64,000 bases of DNA from positions 25,508 through 89,507 of the forward strand of contig CAZFJP010000003.1 of the NCBI GenBank assembly GCA_964518965.1. The letters are read 5' to 3'. Of the stretch, positions 58,088-64,000 are shown piece by piece. Below the pieces are notes generated by a model that was not told the DNA's origin, searched no databases, and worked only from the letters and a program-made list of their open reading frames with translations. This DNA comes from an uncultured Candidatus Saccharibacteria bacterium. Lineage in GTDB: Bacteria; Patescibacteriota; SOKK01. Position 1 is the first letter of the stretch, and each line of letters opens with the position of its first letter. Made by a program: the position numbers and the translations under genes.

Positions 58088-59080
58088 ATGCCTAAGTTTT
58101 ATGAGACAATTGGGGTTGCGATCATTCTAACGCTTCTTATGGGAGGAGGTTATTTTGCATATCACGGACAAGGAGATACTCGTGATAGTTTTGGAGTTGA
58201 GAATTATTCTGAATCAGGTCAAGCTTCTGATTTGGATGTGAATGAGAAACTTTTTTATCAAGCGGTTGCAAGTGGCACTTCTGATGAGCAGATAGCAGTT
58301 TTGCAAAAGGATCTTAATCGTTTGAAAAAGCACGAACAAAGGAATTATTGGCTGATTGTTAAGTTAGGTAAGCAATTTCCGGAGAGTTTTAAGCAAGGAT
58401 ACGAGCTTGAGGATGTTTTTAGTTTTGGTAGCTTGTTACCGGCGTTAAATACCGAAGGAAGTGTAAGTGAGAATATTGCAAAGGTGTTAGGGGAAGATCT
58501 TTCGCAAAAGCAGGGGTTGTTTTGGGAGGATAAAATTGTTTTGCTGAACAGGGTTTATCTGCCTTTTAAGAAGGAGAAGTTGCTTAAACGTTTGGATAGT
58601 CCCACTGAGTTTGATCGTAATTTTCTTGAAGCGCATCCGGATTTTTTTTGGGATTGTCTTACGGAGTTAAACGGTTGGCTGAAGGGGACGGAGGTAGTTT
58701 TGGCTTTTAAGGATGAGGCGCAAAAAAAATCCCGCTTTGAATTGCGGAATTTGTTGCAACGTTTGTATTATCTGGAAGTTTATTTGCGTTATCTGAAAGC
58801 AGAAGAGCCGGATTATTGGCAGAAGTTGGTTTCGGAAAAAGGGGTGGTGTTTATGCTTCAACGTTTGTTTTATCTTGCTAATCAAACTGCTGAAGCGGGT
58901 CGTAAATCCAAGATTTTCAAGGAATATCAATTGGCTTTTAAGCGAGCAACGGATTGGAAGAATCGGGATGTTGTGAATCAATTGGTGAGTGAAGCGGGGA
59001 TTGGTAAGTTTAAGACTTTGCTGCTTTCTGATGCAAAGTTGCGGGAGAAGGGGATTGTGATTGAGTTGAGAGATTTTTAA
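58088..59080 (+). CDS. Hypothetical membrane-anchored protein
   Basis: 330-aa ATG ORF with N-terminal TM helix. Confidence 0.7.
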   Translation: MPKFYETIGVAIILTLLMGGGYFAYHGQGDTRDSFGVENYSESGQASDLDVNEKLFYQAVASGTSDEQIAVLQKDLNRLKKHEQRNYWLIVKLGKQFPESFKQGYELEDVFSFGSLLPALNTEGSVSENIAKVLGEDLSQKQGLFWEDKIVLLNRVYLPFKKEKLLKRLDSPTEFDRNFLEAHPDFFWDCLTELNGWLKGTEVVLAFKDEAQKKSRFELRNLLQRLYYLEVYLRYLKAEEPDYWQKLVSEKGVVFMLQRLFYLANQTAEAGRKSKIFKEYQLAFKRATDWKNRDVVNQLVSEAGIGKFKTLLLSDAKLREKGIVIELRDF

Positions 59081-59095
59081 TTTTTAATTTGTTTC

Positions 59096-59288
59096 CGGGG
59101 ACTGGTCTAATGGCTAAGGCACACGATTCGGTTTGCCTGCCGCCAAATTATTCTCGGGGATTGGCCTAGTGGATTAAGGCGCACGCTTCGGGTGCGTGAG
59201 ATCATCGGTTCGAATCCGATATCCCCGACCATGGCTCTGGTAGGCGGGGTTCGTGAGATTCTGGGTTTGAGTCCCGGGTCCCCGACTA
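59096..59288 (+). pseudogene. Split tRNA-Pro(CGG)-like gene enclosing an intact tRNA
   Basis: 5' half 59096-59131 and 3' half 59249-59288 join into a full cloverleaf (CGGGGAC/GTCCCCG, CACGA/TCGTG, CTGGG/CCCGG); T-loop TTTGAGT, ends CTA. Confidence 0.8.
59155..59231 (+). tRNA. tRNA-Pro(CGG)
   Basis: CGGGGAT/ATCCCCG acceptor, CACGC-TTCGGGT-GCGTG, TTCGAAT, CCA. Confidence 0.96.
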
Positions 59289-59472
59289 AGGACAGTTTTT
59301 CTTTTTGAGAGTGTTTCAGGTTTTTCTTTAATATAGTATGGGTTTTGGAATTAGGGGATTGTTTGAAGTGGTGGTAAGGTAAAAGGTAGACGATATTGCT
59401 GGGTTTTTTAATTGGTATATTCTAGAGTTGGCTATATTTTGGGGCTAATTGACGGCTTATTAATAAAAAGTT

Positions 59473-62400
59473 ATGGCCCAAAAATTTTTACACAATGCAA
59501 ATAACGATTCACTTCCTGAATTAGCTGATAATCTTGTTTCGGAAACAAAGAAAATGCTTCATGAAACCAAAACGGAGGAAGATTTAAGAATTGGTTTTGA
59601 AAAACTTTTGGAACCGATAAGGTCCGAATTAAATCTAAATTCAACCCCAAAATACGAAAAATCTGTTTATAGTGGTCGTTCAGATGCAGTACACGGACAA
59701 GTAATAATTGAATATGAACCGCCAAAATCATTTTCATCAAAAAAGAATATAAATCATGCTTACGAGCAATTGGTAAATTACTTGTCCGATGAAGCAAAAG
59801 AAACAAAATTAACTCAATTAGTGGGAATAGGTTTTGATGGCGAGCAGATTTTCTTTGTCCAATATCAAGACAAAAACAACAAAAAGATAGACAAGGCAAA
59901 ATTTTTTATTCGTGGACCTTACCATTTTACTCCTGAAAGTGCCAGAACTTTTTTAATTCATCTACGTGCTCTGTCTCGGCTTCCGCTTAGCCCTGAAAAT
60001 TTGGCACAAAAGTTTGGTCCCCAAAGCGAACTTGCACAAAAAATGGTTTCCTCTCTTGCCAATGCTTTGGAATATTGGGTGGATCAAACACATATTCGCA
60101 CATTTTTTAATGAGTGGAAAAGATTATTTGGTATTGTTTATGGAGAACAATTTACTAGTGGATATCAAGAAAAAGAGGCAGAAAAGCTTTCAAAACTTTA
60201 CAAAGTAGGGAAAGAAACTGAATTTCAAGAGCTTTTATTTTCCATCCATACTTACTTTGCTTTTTTAATGAAACTTATTGCTGCCGAAATTTTGACTTTA
60301 AGAGAAACATCTTTTAGTTCATCTCTTGCTTCAGAACTAGCTCATATTTCGGAGGATGAACTTAAAAGCAATCTTTCCGATATAGAAAACGGTGGAATTT
60401 ATGCCCAAAAAGGAATTACTAATTTTTTGGAAGGTGATTTTTTCCGCTGGTATCTTGATGCTTTTGAATCACCGGAACTAAAAGACGCGATTAGAGAAAT
60501 TGCCAGATGTCTTTCTGAATTTGAACCGGCAACCAGCACTTTAGATCCGGTTTCAACTCGCGATCTCCTCAAAAAACTTTATCAGTATTTAGTCCCGCAG
60601 GAAGTCCGCCATCGCCTTGGCGAATATTATACACCCGATTGGTTGGCGGAATTACTACTAAATGAAGTTGGCTACGATGGCAACACCCTTAAAAGATTTT
60701 TGGACCCGGCTTGCGGCTCCGGAACATTTTTAGTTTTGGCAATTCAGCGCGCAATAAAACATGGCAGAGAAAAAGAAAAGATCTCTGATCTTGAAATCGC
60801 AAAAAGAATCGTCGCCAATATCTGGGGATTTGATTTAAATCCTTTGGCAGTTATTGCCGCGCGAACCAATTATCTTTTTGCTTTGGGAGATTTGGTAAAT
60901 GAACTGGAACGAGTGGAAATCCCAATTTACCTTTGCGATTCAGTTTTATGGCCAGAACAAATAGGGGGACAATTAATCCTCGGTTTAGAGGGAGATGTCA
61001 GAAAAATTAAAACTTCAGTTAAAGAGTTTTTCGTTCCAAGAATTTGGACCGATGAGTTTAAGTGGCGAATGGGCGAAGCCGCAGAAATTATTGAAAGAGA
61101 TGTTAAACTTCAAGTTGATTCAGAAATAGCATTAAAACATTTTAAAGATGTTGGCTTGGCTTTTCGTGGTTGCGAGAATGAGGTTAAAAATTTTTATAGT
61201 CAAATTTTGGACTTGGAAAAAGAAAGAAAAAACGGTATTTGGGCAAGATTTCTTAAAAATTTCTCTGCGCCGATAGTAGCTGGAAGAGAAAAATATGATT
61301 TTGTCGTTGGCAACCCTCCGTGGATTATGTGGCAATATTTGTCAATAGAATACAGAAAGGCTACACAAAATTTATGGGAGAATTATGGTCTTACAAAGAT
61401 CGGGCAAGTACGAAATGTCCTGATTAGGGGTAGAAGAGATTTTTCAATGCTTTTTGTTTATGCTTCCGCTGACTATTATCTTAAAGATGGAGCAAAATTA
61501 GGATTTTTAATAACCCAAGAGGTTTTTAAATCCAAAGGGGCGGGTGAGGGATTTAGGAGATTTCAGCTTGGCGAGGGTAAATATCTTAAAGTATTAAAAG
61601 CCCACGATTTAGTTTCCATTCAGCCATTTGAGGGCGCAACAAATAAAACAGCGGCAATAATTCTTAAAAAGGGAGAAAAAACAAAGTATCCTGTGCCTTA
61701 TATTGTTTGGTCAAAGAAACAAACCATGGGGAAAATCGCTACAGATAAACTTTTAGAAGAAGTAGTTCCTATGCTTTCTAAAAAACGACTCCTTGCTAGA
61801 CCAATTGGTTCAGAAACAGGAGCCTGGCAAACACAAATACAGGGTATAGTTATTAATATTGAGGGACAAAATTATTATAAAGCACATGCTGGAGCTTATA
61901 TTTCTCCTTATGGGATTTTTTGGCTAAAAGTAAAAAGTATACTATCAGATAATAACTTATTAATTGAAAATTTTACTGAAAAAGTAAAAACAAAAATTCC
62001 AAAAACAGAAGCAGTGATTGAGCAGGATTTAGTTTACCCAGCGATACGTGGCTCAGATATTCAAAAGTGGAAGGTATTACCTCAAATCTATGTCTTAATC
62101 ACTCACCCTGCATCACAGACCCCGTATATAGAAGAAGAGATGAAAAAGCAATGGCCGAGAACTTATAGTTATCTGATTAACTTCAAAAACATTTTATTGC
62201 AAAGAGCACTTTATAAACACTTTCATGAGAAATCAGACAATTCTTTTTATGGACAACGTCTTTTTGGAAATTATACTTTTTCAAAATATAAAGTTGTGTG
62301 GAAGCGAATGGCTGAAGACTTAATTTCCGCAGTTGTTTCTCAACATAAAACTTTATTCGGTTATAAAATAATAATACCTGTTGAAACGGTTACTTTCTTT

Positions 62401-62715
62401 TCAACCGACAACGAATTTGAAGCTCACTATCTCTGTGCTATTATCAATTCAACACCAGTCCGTGATTTTATTAAATCTTTCTCTTCTGCTGGTCGAGGTT
62501 TTGGCACGCCTTCGGTAATGGAGCATGTCAGCATTCCAAAATTTGACCCTAAAAATCCGCTTCACCTGAAACTTGCTGAAATTTCTAAAAAATGCCACCA
62601 ATTCAAAGCCGAAGGCAAAGAAAAAGAGATTGAAAAATTAGAAAAAGAAAACGACGAGTTAGTTAAAGAACTTTTTGCTAAAAAAGCGAAGAAAATTGCC
62701 TTATTCACTCATTAA
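59473..62715 (+). CDS. Type IIG-like fused restriction endonuclease/N6-adenine methyltransferase
   Basis: N-terminal GRSDAVHGQVIIEYE nuclease-like motif, LGEYYTPDW, LDPACGSGTF, GFDLNP, VVGNPPW, C-terminal target recognition region. Confidence 0.88.
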   Translation: MAQKFLHNANNDSLPELADNLVSETKKMLHETKTEEDLRIGFEKLLEPIRSELNLNSTPKYEKSVYSGRSDAVHGQVIIEYEPPKSFSSKKNINHAYEQLVNYLSDEAKETKLTQLVGIGFDGEQIFFVQYQDKNNKKIDKAKFFIRGPYHFTPESARTFLIHLRALSRLPLSPENLAQKFGPQSELAQKMVSSLANALEYWVDQTHIRTFFNEWKRLFGIVYGEQFTSGYQEKEAEKLSKLYKVGKETEFQELLFSIHTYFAFLMKLIAAEILTLRETSFSSSLASELAHISEDELKSNLSDIENGGIYAQKGITNFLEGDFFRWYLDAFESPELKDAIREIARCLSEFEPATSTLDPVSTRDLLKKLYQYLVPQEVRHRLGEYYTPDWLAELLLNEVGYDGNTLKRFLDPACGSGTFLVLAIQRAIKHGREKEKISDLEIAKRIVANIWGFDLNPLAVIAARTNYLFALGDLVNELERVEIPIYLCDSVLWPEQIGGQLILGLEGDVRKIKTSVKEFFVPRIWTDEFKWRMGEAAEIIERDVKLQVDSEIALKHFKDVGLAFRGCENEVKNFYSQILDLEKERKNGIWARFLKNFSAPIVAGREKYDFVVGNPPWIMWQYLSIEYRKATQNLWENYGLTKIGQVRNVLIRGRRDFSMLFVYASADYYLKDGAKLGFLITQEVFKSKGAGEGFRRFQLGEGKYLKVLKAHDLVSIQPFEGATNKTAAIILKKGEKTKYPVPYIVWSKKQTMGKIATDKLLEEVVPMLSKKRLLARPIGSETGAWQTQIQGIVINIEGQNYYKAHAGAYISPYGIFWLKVKSILSDNNLLIENFTEKVKTKIPKTEAVIEQDLVYPAIRGSDIQKWKVLPQIYVLITHPASQTPYIEEEMKKQWPRTYSYLINFKNILLQRALYKHFHEKSDNSFYGQRLFGNYTFSKYKVVWKRMAEDLISAVVSQHKTLFGYKIIIPVETVTFFSTDNEFEAHYLCAIINSTPVRDFIKSFSSAGRGFGTPSVMEHVSIPKFDPKNPLHLKLAEISKKCHQFKAEGKEKEIEKLEKENDELVKELFAKKAKKIALFTH

Positions 62716-62833
62716 TCTTGTGATGAAGAAAGAAAGGCGAGGGAATTATTAGAAGGGGCAAAAAGAGCAGTAGAGATTGCTATTGAGAAAAACGAAGAAA
62801 AAGCGCTGGACTATATTTTGGCAAAAAATAACT

Positions 62834-63586
62834 ATGAACTCATTTAAAGATATTGCTTATCAAATTTTAAAAGAGGCGGGAAAACCTTTACATAGTAAAG
62901 AGATTACTAAAATTGCTTTAAAACGAGGTTGGCTTAAGACCAGTGGTAAAACTCCAGAAGCGACAATGAATGCCCAATTAATTGTGGATATAAACACTAG
63001 AAAAGGAGAATCGCGTTTTATAAAAACTGGCCCTTCTATTTTTGCTTTAAACCCAAATAAAAGTGCGGTTGTAAAACCAGAAACGCTTAAGGTTTATCTT
63101 CCAAACCTTAAAATCGGCGGAAAACAAAAAGGAGATATCGCTGAGGCAAGAATAGCAGAAATTATTTTGCTTTATAGTAAAGAACCCGGTCTTTCTTGCT
63201 ATAAACCCCTTTCTGACGATGAGGGAATAGATTTAATTGTTAAAACAAAAGGAGAATTTAAAACAATGTTTTTACAGATTAAAAGTCGGTTTGGTATAGA
63301 ACCAAATTTGGTTTATACAGCGACAGTTAAAAGAAAAACTTTAATCGATAATTATTCAATGGCCTTGGTTTTTTGCTATTTTGATTTATCAGATGGGGAT
63401 TTATGGGATTATCTTTGGTTTGTGCCGGCTCCTGATTTTATTAAAATGGCAAATCAACTTCAAGGTGGAAAAATGCTGGGCTTCGTGGCTGGAAGAAAAA
63501 AGAAAGAGTCAAATAAATGGGACCGGTATTTGATTGACAAAAGAGATTTGGCAAGAGTTATTGTGGGACAAATGAGAAGGATTTGA
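62834..63586 (+). CDS. HARE-HTH domain fused to PD-(D/E)xK nuclease
   Basis: SFKDIAYQILKEAGKPLHSKEI...GKTPEATM.A; GDIAE, DDEGIDLIV, FLQIKS; start at MNSFKD. Confidence 0.82.
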   Translation: MNSFKDIAYQILKEAGKPLHSKEITKIALKRGWLKTSGKTPEATMNAQLIVDINTRKGESRFIKTGPSIFALNPNKSAVVKPETLKVYLPNLKIGGKQKGDIAEARIAEIILLYSKEPGLSCYKPLSDDEGIDLIVKTKGEFKTMFLQIKSRFGIEPNLVYTATVKRKTLIDNYSMALVFCYFDLSDGDLWDYLWFVPAPDFIKMANQLQGGKMLGFVAGRKKKESNKWDRYLIDKRDLARVIVGQMRRI

Positions 63587-63756
63587 AATAATTACGGAGT
63601 AATAAAAAACGATTGAATTTAATCCTAAAATTAAAAAAGCTAATTAAAGAAATTAAAGAATTAACGAATTAACGGATTAAAAGATTGACTAATTAACTAA
63701 TTAAAAGATTAATGAATTACGAATTGAAAGACTGTAATATGCTAAAATTAATTTCT

Positions 63757-64000
63757 ATGAATAGAAAAATTTTGATTTTAGGGGTTGGTTTTTTGGTTTT
63801 GGGTCTTCTTTTTTATTTTTTAAGACAGAATTTCGTTCAAAAAAATTCCCAAGAGAAACAAATCACAGGAATAGCAAATCCGGCTTCTGTTTATTGTGAA
63901 AAAGAAGGAGGGAAATTAGAAATTAGAAAAGATAAAGATGGCAATGAAAAAGGATTTTGTATTTTTGAGGATGGTTCGGAGTGTGAGGAATGGGATTTTT
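63757..64000 (+). CDS. DUF333 domain protein (3' truncated by window)
   Basis: TM helix then IANPASVYCEKEGGKLEIR...G.C.F.DGS.CEEW.F. Confidence 0.85.
   Translation, partial: MNRKILILGVGFLVLGLLFYFLRQNFVQKNSQEKQITGIANPASVYCEKEGGKLEIRKDKDGNEKGFCIFEDGSECEEWDF

Overview
AT-rich bacterial chromosomal window in standard genetic code, most consistent with a Patescibacteria (CPR) genome; this is inferred from gene content and repeat types. It holds housekeeping genes (tsaC, udk, rpmB, ftsX, rsmA, uppP, rodA, thpR, pcm, secD, rpmG, lgt, lspA), 13 intact tRNAs, tmRNA and RNase P RNA. It also has a cohesin/dockerin/FN3/Ig surface-protein cluster, large DUF11 and amidase surface proteins, an ArsR/ArsF/ArsG-ArsP island behind tRNA-Trp, a glycosyltransferase cluster, and a Type IIG restriction-modification locus behind tRNA-Pro. 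The most striking signal is non-coding. Short palindromes with shared YCYGCC...GGCRGR ends repeatedly sit inside stable-RNA sequences. Four tRNAs have interrupted 5' copies of a tRNA directly upstream, and in one case these flank a GIY-YIG nuclease gene. One intact tRNA-Pro is nested in the anticodon loop of a second tRNA-Pro-like gene. A ~105-nt hairpin family follows tRNA/tmRNA CCA ends and occupies P19 of RNase P RNA. Other candidates are a duplicated promoter-leader-signal peptide cassette carrying unrelated payloads (one beta-barrel-like) and an orphan sRNA with its own promoter and terminator. All calls were made by eye; no database searches were run.
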